Part shown: positions 1 to 15,000 of the stretch, one piece after another
Layout of the letters: each line of letters starts with the position of its first letter
How positions within the stretch are numbered: position 1 is the first letter of the stretch
Made by a program: the position numbers and the translations under genes
Notes under the pieces: generated by a model
Told to the model about the DNA's origin: nothing
Database searches by the model: none
What the model saw: only the letters and a program-made list of their open reading frames with translations
Assembly: GCA_028870995.1 (NCBI GenBank)
Contig: JAGWOI010000002.1
Coordinates: 110,463-174,462, forward strand
DNA length: 64,000 bases
Source: Candidatus Omnitrophota bacterium
Lineage (GTDB): Bacteria; Omnitrophota; Gorgyraeia; Zapsychrales; Fredricksoniimonadaceae
Reading direction: 5' to 3'

Positions 1-38
1 AACAAGCCTTTAATCCGGCCCCAGCCAAGGCAGATACT

Positions 39-3000
39 ATGCCCAGGCAAGGCATTGAGTACCAGCAGCCGATCCAGCCTGAGAAGTCCAGGCAGCCATT
101 TACGAACAGCCCGCAGAACCATAAAGATCCGTTTACCGGCCCGGTGACGCCTTATACGCCGCCGGCGCCTCCGGCACCGCAAACACCGCCTCCGACACCA
201 CCGACGCCGCCAGCACCGCCCACGCCGCCTCCGGCGCCGCCGAGCCCTGGCCCGACGCCGGCTGTGCCTCCTGTGCCTGATGGCAATGGTCCCGGGAATA
301 TGCCTGAGCCGACACCGTTGGCGGGTGGCGGGGGTTCAAGCAGCGGGAATGCGCCCATAGTGGCCCCGGCACCTCCTACAGCACCTATATTCTGGCAAAT
401 GGCCTTATTAGAAGAAGGGCCTAATAAGAACATTAATTTGGATAAGTCTAATATATTTGAAGGAAATAATACGGAGGGTAAAGTTTCGGCAACTTCGCCG
501 AGGACGTATATTCCGGTCCTGACTCTCTCTGCCAGCCGTTCCCTCAACGGCTCAGGCAGAGGAAATGAAGGAGACGAGGGAAATAGTAATGTAACAGAAG
601 TTGTTAGCAGTGATGAAGTTGCAGCAAATAGTTCAGTTTCTGGCAGTTTGCAGGAAAGTGGCTTAGCGCAAGCTCTGACCACTGAGAATCAAGAAGCAGA
701 AGCAAATGAAGCAGGCAGTATCAGCAGTGAAGAAGTAAGAAGTGCGGCAGTTGCAGTCAATGAAGTAAGAAGCACCGTAGTCAACAGCAGTGAAGTTGGT
801 AGTGTTGTACCTGGCAGTTCAAGCAGGAACGAAAGTGCAGCAAATGCAGTACATAATGAAATAAGCAGTACCACCGGCGTGGTGAACGCTGGTGCTATAA
901 GCGAAGCAGCAAGAAGTGCAGTAATAGAAGCAGGCAATACTCGTTCTCGTGTCCCGGCGGTTTTGGGCACGCTTATAGCAGTAATGGCTGCGTTCTCCCT
1001 AATAAGGAAACGCAACCGTGAAGATGTAAAGAAAGCGAATCTAGCCGGAAACGGCGAAGCTGAAAGAGGTGTGCGAGTTGCAGAAAGTGCGCCTAAGACA
1101 GCGGCCACCGTTGAAGGCATAAGCGCTCGAGGTGCGGAAGCTGTAGGAGGATCAGAGACCACAGCGGCTGCACAACTTCCGGCAACCTGGACGAAGTCTG
1201 AAGGCAGACTGGAAGATTCGAGTGGCGCCGTAAACGCTCAAACGACATATAGCGTCAGTTCGAGGACTGTATCTCGAAATGACGAACAGATATTACCTCA
1301 AGGTGTATGGACTGCGTCCGCGGAACGTCGCGAGCATCCGGAAGGTTCTAGAAGTCCGGAAATAAGCGATAAATTCCAGGCGCAAGAAGTGTTTGTTGAC
1401 CAAGCAAACACGACCGCCACAGCTGTTTCCACCGGCTTGCCCAAGGTGCAAAACAGAGGTGGATGGACTGCATCCTTAAAGAGGATCTTCGCCATAGGGA
1501 CCGTAACCACTGGTCTCTTCCTAGGTGCCCTTGGTGTATCTCCTGCCCTCGGGGCTGAACTGCCTGGTCCTATGCTGACCAGCGCACCTGCCCTGAGTGT
1601 GCCTTTGCGCGCGCAGAAGGCCATCGAACTATTTGGCGATCAAGGCTACCCGACTGCCGTTGTAACCAAGTCCATGGAAGGCCCGCAAGCGGCCATCTTC
1701 GGGCGGCTGGATAATGGCAAGTATTTCGAAGCCACAGTCAACAACACCAATGTCCTCGGCACCGATGAATTGCCTCCGCAAAACATCCAAGAAGCCCTCA
1801 GGGACAATCAGCTGGTTTGGACCATCGAAAGAACCTCTACGCTGCAGGCCTTCAGAGCCCTCCAAGACAATGACGTGGCCAAGGTGCGCCAATACAACAA
1901 GCAATATCAGAGACTTTTGAATAATGCCCGGATCTCCTTATTTAATCAAATCCCCAGGACCGTCATTTTCACCCTGTTTGATCCTGATACCCCGCAGGAG
2001 CGATTGCTTGATGCCAACGGAGAGATTTCACCCGTCAAGCTGGCCATGGTCAACCTGACCAACGCTGAGAAGGAGGCTGCGGCTAAACCTGCGGCAATGC
2101 AACCCACCAAGACAGCAACCGATGGATTGGTCCAGGCCGCCATCCAGAATCAGGTCATTTCCAATGCTGTGGCCAAGGCAAGTACGGACCATGTTGGGCC
2201 GCAGGTGGCACCGAGTAAAGAGCAATACAGCTCTATTAAGAAAGAATTGGATACAGAAAAAGCGTTGTTCTTAAACAAGAACATCTCCACCGATGAGACC
2301 AATGCTGTATTAGCAGAAACGATTTCCAGTAATTATGCCAAATTGGATACGGAAATGTGGGTCAATGAGAAATATGTGGCGGTTATCTATTCCTTTAAGA
2401 TGGATAAGAAGATGTTCACCGTCCTGCCCGGGGCTACATTCACCAATTATACCGGCTTCAATGATCAGGCCCTTAACTGGTTCTTAAATCAGCCTAATGT
2501 TCATACAGAAATTTATGAAAAGCCCCTGGATGCCAACCGCATTACCGACATCTCCCATATCAAAGAGTGGAAGCGTTTATGGAACGGGATGGATATTTTT
2601 GATGCCTTGAAACACAACCGGTCCTATGAAGTGCTGGTCAAATGGACCGATAAGAATGGTTCCCATGAAGGGGTGTTGAAGGCCGGCAGACGCGCGGTCG
2701 ATGCCCAAAGCACCATGGCCTTCGATAATTGGAAAGGTTCTCTCCTGTTGCAGGCCGGTCTGCAGTTGACGGATTTCAACACGTCCGCGGTTGATCAGGG
2801 CAGGGAATTGGAAGCTCAGAGAGCCAAGCTGAATACGATGTTCGGCGAGCTTAAGGACAAGACCCTGCTTCCTTCAAGCATCACCACGGTCAGCAATTAT
2901 CCGGCCACCTTCTTTAGGGTCAATCGCGATCAATCCGGCAGCATCACCAACATCACCGGGTTCTATGATAACTCCAGACTTGTGTATAAGAGGATAACCT

Positions 3001-6000
3001 TGCCCAGCGGTGAACAAATTGTTGTTCAGGCTTTTAAAGATACCGATGGAAAAGAACACACATTAAAATATTGGCCTATGAGAGATGACCAGCCGGTGAA
3101 AGCGTACAGCTTGCTGACGCCGTTGGAAGAAGCCCGCTTGAGGAACGGAGACAAGACCGTTTTGACGGCATACACCCTGCTCGATAACGGCAAGCCCGTT
3201 AATCCTTATACCCGCGGTGAAATCGTCCTCGGCAACAATGCCAACTGGGATGAATTGTTGGATGCCGCCACCTTGAAGATGGTAACCGACAACGAGGCCA
3301 GGGCCATCAAGTACAATGCCCAGACGCTGAAAGGGAAATTAGCCCTCAACGTGGCCCTGATTCCTCTGGATTTTGTGAACTTTACAGGATCAGGCGCCAT
3401 CACGCCGGGACTCAACCTTATTTATGATATCGAAAGAAAGGCTTCTGAGCCGGTCGTCAAGGCGCCTACAGCCGAACAGATCAGCGAATTCTGGGTCCCG
3501 TATTTGAAGGCCCGGGATGCCAATAATCAGGCAGCTTTAAAAACCAATGATTATTTCGCCGAGGCCAGGGACTTTGTCGCCTCCGTCCATTCCGACGAAG
3601 AATTAAAGGAGATGTATGGTTATTTGACCCAGCAGCATAACCAGGGTGTGGCGATGTTCATTTTGAACGAAACCGCCCAGCTGGCCAGCATCATGGAACC
3701 GGCAGGCGCGTTGCCGACCAAGCAGCACATTGAAGGATCTTACCAATGGCCCGTGGCTCGTTACCAGTGGCTGAATGATGTGCTTTCTCAGCGGTATTTC
3801 TCCTTTGGGGGCGAAGCCAATCCCGCCAACCTTATCTCGCTGGCGGTCCAGGGCCGCGCCTTGCAGTCGGTGCCTGCCAAGGACATCGGCAGCAGCGCTT
3901 ACCCGGTGGCTGATCAGATCTTCAGTATGGTTGGCTTTGGCGTGGATGTGCCGTCCATGATTAATGAATGGCATATGAAGGTCACCAATGATCCCTTGAC
4001 GGTTCCGTTTAAGAATTCACCTGAAAAGACCAGGATCAATATTTACGCACTGGGCTTCCCGCTCAATCTTATTTGGGATGCCCAGGATGCCAACACATTG
4101 AAGGCCATTGTCACCAACCAGGGTGTAAGGGACGATGATCACAAGTTTGATGCCTATAGGGTCGTTGACACGCACTTCCGCAGCAAGCCCTTCGGATTTA
4201 CCCGTCAACAGGTTGAAGAATTATTACAAACACCCGGCGTGGCCAGGGTGCCCGCCATGGTGAGAATGCATGTGGGCGGCGGTTACCTTCCTGTTCCTGT
4301 ATATCTTATCGAAGACGGCAACGGCGCCCGGAGCGTGCTTATTTTGACTTCGACCGGCGTGGAGCATTTGATTAACGAAATCAAGCAGGACATCCAGAAT
4401 TACGATAACTTCAAGAAGGCCATGGATGAGGGCGGATACAGGATCGATTACGGCGCTCAAGGCGGCACCTTTGATCAGAGGATTTGGAGCGGATTATTCG
4501 TCAGCCATGATTGGGATACCGACGTCTTCTTCGCCGGAGCCTATGGCTGGGATCAATACAACATGTTGGTGTATGCCTTGCATTCCGGCAATGACGGCAT
4601 TGCGAAGGGCATCTTGGACAAATATGAGTCCATCTATAAGACCGAGACCAAGGGCGGCCGGCCCTTTGGCGGATTTACAACGGTCATCGATGCGTACAGA
4701 GGAACGGTCACCGGGCAGAGAGATACGGCCGTAAGCGCTGCCATTGCCAACGGTGTCCTGGCGTATGAACAAGTCCATCAGGGCGACAAAACCTATGATG
4801 ACATGCTCAAGGCCACGGCCAAGTGGCTGTACAGCGTCTACGAGAAGAATGGTTACGGCGGCTTGTCTAATGTTGCCGGCAGCAAGGAAAGATTTGCCGA
4901 ACCTAATGCTGTTATTGCCGCCTTCTTTGAGAACTACGGCACCTTAAAGCATGAACATAAATTTACGGAAGCTTCGCAGAACATCACTACCTGGGCTTTT
5001 AAGAAACTTTGGGACGGCAACATGATAAAGGCCAAGGAAGGTCAAAACGGCTATTCCGCCGATGCCCAGACCCGCTGGTTGAAGTTCTTAGGACCTGAAA
5101 GATTTGCCCAGCATGCCTTTGGCGGCAATCAGAAATCCCAAGAGCAGATTAATCAAGACTTTTTGCAGTATCTCAAGAACATTGATACCGCCTTTGGTGT
5201 TGATGTCAACGGCGGCAGGATGCTTGATCTGGCGGACAAAGATTATGCCGCTTCCCGCGCCTTGACAGGCGACAAGCAGCATTTCGGTGTTCTTGAAGTC
5301 ACGGCCGAAGCCACAGAAGTGTTCACGCAAGCTCAATCTTATCTGAAGGGGAACCCTGATCTTGAAAAACTGATCAAAAAGTACACCGAGGGCATCATGG
5401 CCTATCGCGATAAGGAAACCGATACGGCCAACAGCAAGGTTGTCTATCTGCCTTATGCCACCGCACAGGATCAGGATACAGGGTTTGGCTACCGTACGCC
5501 TAAGGGCAAGGTCTCCTTGGCACCGACTTTAGAATTTGCCTTTAGCCAAAACGGCATTAACTCTTTAAGACCGTGGGCCACCAATTCCGCCCTTCCCCAT
5601 ATCCAGCGCCCGGCCGAGACCCTGACTTGGGACCAAGTTGTCAACAGCACCAGGGTTGAAGCCGGCGGCGCTAAATACCAGGATATGCGCGTTTTGATTA
5701 CCCGGTTGAAGCAGCAATACGATATGCGTCATTCTGATGAGCCATTGACTGCGGATCAGCAAAAGCTGCTCAATCAGGTAGATACCGAATTAAAGGGAAA
5801 ATCGAAAGAAACCATCTATGCCAATCCTAACGGCCAGGAAACTGTCTTCGTCACGCCTGCCGGTTTGGCTGAGCACATTATTCTTCTGGCTTCCGTTGAC
5901 CAACAGCATGAATTCCGTCAATTAGTAGCCAATCAATTAAGCAACTCTCAATTGATGAAAAAAGCCAAGACCGGCGCTCCCGGCTTTGAGATCGGCGGTG

Positions 6001-9000
6001 TGGCCTTTATGGATCCGATCACAGGAAGCCGTATCGGCGATATTCGCGGCAGCGACGAAGTCAGAAAGGTCTTTGAGGCCATCAGCAGGATGCCGGCCAA
6101 GGAACAATACTTTATTGATAAGGGCAACTACAACGGCTTTTTGATCAAGGGCTTTATTATTGACGGCCAAACCAGGAATGTTATGGCCAATGTCTTCTTC
6201 CCTTTAAACAAGGTGGTTGTTTCCCCAGCCTTGCCGGATTATCAGAACGGCGGCCAGACCAACAGTTATGTGTTTGAAAATAATAAGCTTCAATTCAAGG
6301 TGACGGACCAGACGGTGACCGTCTTCGAACATGAGGCCAAGACCGGTATTGTTTCCGACGCCAAGACATATGTCAATCGTGTCGGCAGCATTCAGGGAGA
6401 AGTCAAGGCATTGCTTGGACAGGCGGACCTTGCGGCCAGAAAGGCCTTGTTCACCAAGGAGGTGCCGTTGAAGGAGTCAGTCACCGTTAAGAGCGTCTTT
6501 GTTGACCCGACCACGCTAACACCATCGACCCTCGATGCCAAAAAAGTGACCCAGGTCAATCTGACGGCGGATTACCATACCGGTGTCATCAGTACGGAGA
6601 GCTATAGCATTTTTGCCAGACCGATAAAGGAGGCAGATAAATTTAAGGCGACAGACAATAGTTATAACGACTACGGCCAATTCCAGAGGTCCCAAGTTTA
6701 TGACAATGACGGCACGCTGCAGGCACCCAAGGAAGGCCAGTTTAGATTCATCAATACGACGGATGTCGGCCCCGGCTTGCGCGATTTAAGAGACCTCGGC
6801 CGCGGCAATTTCAGCTATGTGCTAAACCATGATGTGATCAAGGGCACAGATCGTGTCTTCGTGTTTGACAATGCCCGTCAGGGCCGCAAAGTTGGGTCTT
6901 TCGCAGTTGAACATTTAACCAAGCCGGGCTTATACGATTGGAATCTGATCCATACTTCTATCTTTGGTTATCAGGCCAATTTCTTTGGCGGGGAAATTCC
7001 AATTAAAACAGAAAGCGCCGTTAACGGCGTCTCAGAAAAAACAATCAATACCACAGGGTATAATCCGTTGACCGGAGAAACAACAGCCAAGCAGACTGAT
7101 CATTTCAATGCGGATTTGCAGACAACTCTCAAATGGAAGCCGCAATTCGAAAATCCTGTAGAGTTGCAGACTACGGATAAGCAGGGCATTGCCTGGACTA
7201 CGACAAACAAACCCAACAGGGACGAGACCATCATTGATTCCAGCACGACCATGAGTAAGGATGGCCAGACCGCCGGGGCCGCTACCGCCAGCAGTAAGTA
7301 TGAGGGCGGACAATGGACGGGTCTTAAGGTTAATCATTTAGGCCCGAATGCCAAGACCGATTGGTTGACAATCAAGCAAACCCAGAATGACTTTGGACAC
7401 CTGCTTGGTTCCGACACCCTGTATAGCGATCATTACGATGTTACGAATACGCCGGTTTACAATTCTTTAGGCCAGGAGACCAAGGCAGAGCAGGTTAAGC
7501 ACAATGATGCTGCGGGCTTCAAGAAGACGATCTATACATTTGATAACTATGGCCATAACCGTACTGATGGCCTGTTGACCCGCGTTCGCCATGATGCCGA
7601 GAGGACGCCGGACATGGTCAACAAGGACGTGACAGAGACCATTGATCTGGCCAGCGGGCTGACAATTAACGAAGATACGCCTAACGCTGATTTCCGTGAT
7701 GCGCAAGGAAATACCTATATCGGTACAGCCCATGATCAGTATGGATACGATGTCAAGCACCTGATGTTACCGGCAACAACAACCACCACCATGGATGTAG
7801 GCCGGGTGATGGGAACCATCCCCGGACAATTGCTGCCGTTGCCGCAAGCAGCCGTAAAGGTTTCCGATACAACCGCAGAGATTAAGGACGGCAAAGTGAC
7901 AAACACGGTCACGGATTCCCTGAGAAACGAGACCAGACATGAGACGGTTCTTCCTGATTTGCGCAACCGCGTGGCCGATATCACTAAGCATTTCGACGCG
8001 CAGGGCAAGAATACGGCCGCGCTAAATCAGGTCAAATTCACCACAGTCAACAGCATGGCCTATCCAGACGGTGAAGACCACAAGGCGAATAAAACCTCCT
8101 TTGTTACCCTTGATGTCAACAATGATTATGTCCTTCAACGTGAAAAGCCGGAATTTGCACCGCAAAGCGACCTTTGGCAGGACAATCACGCGGCTGTGCA
8201 AAGGAACACCCTCGAATTTATGGATGGCGCAAGACGGGTAAAGGCCGATATTTTCGACAGTACGCGCATTCCGGACGGCCGCGTGGAAAGACAATTTTTC
8301 GCCTATGCGGAAGATAATAACGGAGTCATGGGGCAGGCCGCCCAGTTCTACATGTCCCCGGTGCTGGAGATTAATCCGAAAACCGAGGAATTGACAAAGC
8401 TTTACGATGGGCGGGTTACCATCGGCTGGCCGTGGATGACCGGGCCTCGTCCAAGTTTTTACTTTAATCATGCCGGCAACGAGTACAGGCTTTATAACAT
8501 TAATAGAGAAGAACTCAGGTCTGGCATTAATGTTTTTGATTTCAATATTTCTAAGCCGACAGCGGTCATCAGCTTTAACGGCACGGTTAACTTTGAAGGC
8601 CATACTTACGGTATTTGGTCTCAAATCGACCGTAAAACCGGTGCCTTTGCCGGCGGTTGGATGCGCTCAGCCGGCATCAATGGCGCCCAAGATAATGAAA
8701 TTTTGTTTATCGCTTATAAGAACGGAACCATCGAAGTGGATGCGGCGGACAATAGCACCCAGCCCCGCACGGTCAGAAGCGGTACCATAGCCCTTAAGAA
8801 TAGCGAAGAACTCAAGAACTTTAAGCTGGAAGCCAGTGTCTTTAAACTTATTAAGTGGGATGCCTACGGCATAGTTTCCCGGAATGCCGACGGCCTTGCC
8901 AATACCCGTCTCTATGCCTTAAATGACATTGATATACAGCGGTTTTTGGATAGCAGTCCTAAGGGTAAGAGTATTGTCGATCAATTGAAACAGGCAGGCA

Positions 9001-12000
9001 TCTTGGAACAGGTCCCAGGAGCCAATAAGGTTCATTTGAAACAGGAGAACAATGGCACCGCTGAAACCCCCACCGCGGCCATCAATGCTTTGGAAACCCG
9101 CTTAAGCGCCATAGCAGGTCAAGATGCTGATAAGGTCCTGGAGATTTTGAGGCCCGGCAAAATCGTCGAAGGTTCACGAGAAGAGAATACTATTTATAAG
9201 ATTGATGAAAAATTGAATGCCAACAAACAATTCAGCCATATCGCCACGGTCCAGATGCAAGGTGATCCGGTTGCTGTCAGCTATACCCAGACCCAAGAGG
9301 GGGGCAAGCCTGACCTGCCGACGACCATTGTATTTGATTCCCAGAAACATGAACCGAATGTTTCCTTGTATACAGGCACCGGGGATGCCATTGCCTTGCT
9401 CAAGAGCATACATCCTAAGGAAGATACGGATGAGGTAGCTATTCTGTCCTTTGCCAGCGGTTTTTATACCCCGCGTACAGAGATTTACGAAAACGGCAAA
9501 GAGATTGTCCTGGCCTGGGGCTTTGAAGGGTATGCGGCCTCCTATAGCGGCGCTCCTGAATTGAAGAACCGCATCAATTCAGACCTTTGGCGAGCATTAA
9601 AGATACACTTTGCCGGCGACAATACGATTGAAAATGTCAAGTTTAAAGACATTAAGTCGCGTCTGGATGTCAATTTACAGCCTTTAACATATAGGAATAC
9701 GCTTGTATCCATGCCGGCTTTATATGATTATCTCAATACGGCTGATTTGCCTTGGCAGGTAAAGCCGCACGCTTCGGCCCGGATTGCTGCTACCAGCTTT
9801 TCCTTCAGGCAGGTTCCCGCCAATGTGCCTTATTATTTGGATGCTCAAGCCAAACTACCGCCGACGCAACCTGGTTTAACAACCAGCTTCGGCCTGGATG
9901 TTTCCCGATTTGCCGATACGAAATCCGTTTCCCAAATCATTCGCGCCTGGGATGCGCGGGGCTTACATAACGATGCCGCGGCCGCCTTAAGGTTTTATTG
10001 GGATGTCACCCAAGGCGGGACCAAGGATGTCAACGATTCTTATGACCGCGAGTTAGGCAGTCCCTTAATGTTCATCCCCGGCTTTAAAGCGCCCTCCTAT
10101 GCTCCGGCGAGTGCAGGTTCAGCCATTGCCGTGGCCCAGGCCGCCTGGGAGCACGCTAAGGTCAAGGGTATTCCTGCTCAAGAAGCTCTTTATGCCCGAG
10201 ATTTGACGGTCAACATCCTTAAGCATTTGGTTGGCAGCAATAATCCTGATCCCAACAAACAAAATGTATCTAAATACAGCGGGTACCGCAATATCGGCGT
10301 TTTGGCCGCACGCGCTCACGAAAAATGGGAAATTGACGGCATTGTGTTCTGGCCGGAGGCAGAGAGATTTATGACCGCTGACCAACTTAATCTTTACCTT
10401 TTGGCCGATGATATGGTCAAAGATGCCCAACTTAAGAGCTTTGCTGAAGATATACGGGCCAGGGAATCAAGGTGGATTGATACATTTATTACCAACGATG
10501 ATGTCCGCATGGGGGCCTTTGAAGTCCAGAACATTACTGATAAGAAGAACGGGACGGTTGTCTTTGCGCCGATGCCTTCAGTGACGCCTCAGGACATGCT
10601 TTTATATCTCCAGGTAGAACATACCCTCGGCCGCAGTGATGCTGAACTCCAAAAGATTTTTGACAGAACATCCAAAGCCTTCATGGTCGAGGTCAACGGG
10701 AAATGGGGGTTTGACTGGAACATCCCCAGAGGCCGAACCGATGCTATTTCAACAGAAGTCACGGCGCTGGCTTTCCGTACAGCCCAGAAAATTAATTACA
10801 CCGTACCCGCCCGAGTGCTTGCTGATCAACTGGCCAGAATTACAGCAGAAAACCAAGGCACGCTACCGGAGGCTGTAACGCCTGCCGGATACCGTACGGA
10901 TGACAAAGGGCTTATCACCGGACAAAATAATTACAGCATCATCCAAGACAAAGACGGCCGCTGGAGCCGTTCACCTGCGGCAGAAGCTTATTTGATCGAT
11001 CGTCCAGGGATTGGTCCTGTGCAACAACAACCGCAAACCATCAGCATTAAGAATGATAAGACCATTATTTTCAGTTGGAGAATTTTCAAATGGTTGGTTG
11101 GCGGATTCTTCGGTCTGGCCCTGGCCATCAGCGGAATGGGGGTCGGGATATGGCTGGTCCATCGCCGCAAGGTACGTAAAGTCCTTGAGGACAAAAAAGG
11201 TCTGTGGACAGATGAACTGACGGCCAAGGCAGCTGAGGAAGTTTATGCCCGCGATGTTCTGGGCGCCATTTCCAAACAGGCTGTACCGTTTGGCACCATC
11301 ACCTTAGGGAACAGCCCAATTGAAATCAACTTTGATACTAAATTGCGCGCCATCTATAAACTAGTCGCCGGCTACGTCCTTCGTCAGGGGATCGATATCC
11401 TATCCTGGAGAAAAGCTGTTGAAGAGATAGGCAGGACAGAACAACGAATTGAGCGGCCTTTAACCGCAACTGAAAAAGAAACCATCGTGTCCAAGCTGGC
11501 GCTGCAGGACAGTAAATACATGAGAGGATTAAATGAGTACCTGTTAATTGTTGCCTTTTTTGCCCGTCGCCTTATCAAGGACGGGGCAAAGGATGCGGGC
11601 AAAGGTAAGACCAGGACTTATGACAGCAATCACATTTGGAGCCGGTTGTTGATGTACCACGATGCCTACTATGACCGGTTCACGGCAGCCTTGGCCGATG
11701 GGGGGCAGGATAAATTTGATCTGGTCTTTAACGATATGGGCGCGCGCAAAAGAGAGGACCAGCCGGTAGATCTTAATGACAAGGCCGCTCCCATGCCGGT
11801 GAAAGGCATTCTTCTAACAGCCCTCGAACGCATGAATCTTATTCAGAACGTGATCCAGAATAATTCCCGTACGGCCAAGGAAAAAGTCATTCTTGAAGCC
11901 TTTGGGGTCAAAGGCGGCGTCAGGGACAATGGGGCTAAAAATGAGGAGGTTTATAATTATAAGAGAGTAACTTTGCCGATCGTTTTGGATGTTATTAGAT

Positions 12001-15000
12001 CCGCCATGCGTTCGCCTGCTGAAAGGGAACCTGTGAATCCGCAGGTGGACATCTTTATCAATAAATTCAATCAATTCATGAAAACAGAGAACCTCAAGCC
12101 CCGCCATCCCCGCGTATTAAGGTGGACAAAGATGCTGCCTATATTATTTGCCGGGAGTCTCTCAGGGGTCGTTAGCCTGGATGCAGCAATTGGCAGCGGG
12201 CATTTATTCACCTATTTCTTGTATAAGATGGTGCCGGCTTTGGTGGCTTCTCCCCATTTCTGGTTGGCGGCCGGTTTATTTGGCGCGGCCACGCTTTTGT
12301 GGATCATCCAGAAGAATTTAATTGAAACCTATCGCTTCAAAAATAATTACACTTCATCAATTAAGAACGGCTTGGTCTGGAACTGGAATATTTGGGAATA
12401 CAGCCGCCATATGATGCGGGCCATTGCCTCCATGATCTTCATTGGCGCCATTCTTCACCTGCCCGGCGTGGAAGGAACGGTGGAATTCTTTAAATACACC
12501 TTGGCAGTGCCGTTTGTATTTGAAATTTACGGGGCTATTTATCCGATGATGCAGACAACCATCAGCAGGATCACCCAAGTTGCGGCCGTGTTTGAAAATA
12601 CAACACAGCAACGCAGCGCTTCCGCAGCATTGAAACTATTGTTTAGAGGAAGATTCTTAGAGGCCTGGTACAACTTATCGCCTTTCACTTTTTCCTTACT
12701 GACCAGACTTAATAAACATAATTTCTTTGAATCCCGGTCCACTTCCGTTATCGGTGAATCTTTGCGGCTGACCTTCAGCCTGTCTGGTCCAAGCGGGGAT
12801 ATCTATGGTTGGATCATGTCAAAGTTCGTTTATGCGGGGATGGTTCTAGGGTTTATGGGCCTTGCATCTACCTTTATGGGCGTGCCGGTCATTGGCGGGT
12901 GGTTCTATAACAACTATTTGATCCATTCTTCCGTGCCGAAGATGATTTTTGCCATTATCGCTTATGGGACTGCCCTTATATTGGCCCGCCAGGCCATGTC
13001 ACAAATTGTTGGTTCCATCGGCAAGGTGATCAGCGCTTGGCCCTTGATGGCGGCAGCCATTGGTATAGAGATAGCCACGGTTAAAATGGTCACTCCCATG
13101 CTGTTGGGTATGGGGGTGGCTCATCCAACAGCATTGCTTATCAATGGATTGGTTACAGGCATCTTGATGGGAATGGTCTTATTGGATAAACCGTTACGTA
13201 AATGGCTTGATGATCGTGAAATCAAGAACATTAAGAAGGAATACGAAACGATCAAAGCCGAGCAAGACAGCGCGGGAGAATCTCATAGGATAGGAATCAT
13301 TTACCAGGGAGGAGACGCGCTCGGTGCCGTTAAGAGATTGGCTCAAAAACAAACCTTGGAACGTTGGGAGTACTTCAGAACGCATGATCCAAAATCCGCC
13401 AAAGCGTACTTAAAAGCATTTGGTTGGAGTTCTCAAGAAGCAACCAGATGGCTTAAGAGGCTGCATGAACGGGAAGACCATTCTAAGGTGACCTTGTGGT
13501 TCCCGGGACAAATCGAAGCTGGTGTTATTCCGGATGTTGCCGCCGTCAACGACAACAATGAAAAGGTTTATGTTGAGCAAGACGAGAAACAAAATATCCT
13601 CAATGCCTTGCAATTGAGATTGTTCCTGGTGGCCATGCTTTCCGGCGGCGGCCAGTCGCAAGATACAGGGGTGGCTTTGCTCAATATGGTCATGGCCATT
13701 AAAGAGGCCGGGATGCAGGATGAAGTGGTGCTGAACATCATGGCCAACAAGTTTAATGACGCCTCTTCGATTCCCACGGAAGAAAATTGGAAATGGGATA
13801 CGGACCTAGGGCAGAGGATTAAACTCGCACATTTAATTGACCGGTATTCCGACGTGAAGGTCAATATTATCCATGACTGGACCCCATTTGGCGCCAAGGC
13901 CACGGCCATGACCGGTATAGACCTTGTGCCGGGCATCCTTTCGGGCCAGCAGACCCGCCCTACCAATGATTACGATTTTATGCTGATCATTGATCGCAAT
14001 GCGGTGGTGAACAACATGAAACTTTTTGTCCATGATCTGCGCCGGGCCAGGGTCGATCCCAACACTGTTATCATCGTTACCAGCCGGGGCACCACCAATG
14101 TGCTCATGCCCATGGGGCAGGCTTCCATGAGCATCGAGGAGGGACATCGCGCTGCCATTGCCGGCTCCATGCTCACCGGCGGTTCCGCCGGTGAAGCTAC
14201 GGGTACAGGCTGGGGGAACATCTTGCGCAACACCTATTGGCCCACTCAAATGGCCATGATGCACAAGGATTTTCCGATCAAGCCTCTGACTTCTTCCGGA
14301 CGTCGTCAGCGTGGATTCTTGCGCAGCTTGTGGCATGGTCAATTCGGCCTTATTGGGTTTGCTCCCAATGCGGTGGGTATCAGCGAGGACATTTGGGCTG
14401 TGCAACAAGCTGCCCACAACTTAATGGCCATGGGCTATATGCCGGTGTTTAAACGCGGCAGATCCTTCTGGCATAAATTGCGTGAGACATGGAGCCAGCC
14501 TGATTGGATGGCGGCCATGCCGCGTTGGGCCGGCGGCTATATCCAGAAGATGGGGGACCTTGTCATGCAGGAAGCTTGGGACTTCGGCCCATTCTCATTG
14601 GATGCCAAGGAAATCCGCGAAAACAATGGAGACTTCTTCTTCAATGCCCGCCTGGGTCTTCTGAACGTGGTTCTTACACCGTTGGCCATTAAGTTCGGCG
14701 TGCTGCCATTCGTTGGGGTCAATGTTATCTTGTGGCTCATCGGCTTTATTTTTAACCAGGTACTTACAGTCAATGGTTTGTTGGCCCATATGGAAGGCCG
14801 CGGCTTCAATAGGCCGGCTGCCTTCTTCGGCGCTGCCATTGGGGCCGTGGCAGGCCTGATGGGTGGGGCAACAATGTCAGGGATATCCATAGCTCCTGTT
14901 ACTGCCTTTGCAGGGTTTATTATCGGCGGATTTGTCACGGCCTTTGCTCAATGGATCAAGACCCGCGGACGTGATTTCTTATTGTTTGCTCCGCTGCTTG

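Noticed and set aside
133-682. Minus-strand ORFs 133..372 and 152..682 with Gly/Ala-rich translations
   Set aside because: They are antisense to the Pro-rich (ccg)n coding tract at the giant gene N-terminus, and are artefacts of low-complexity DNA.
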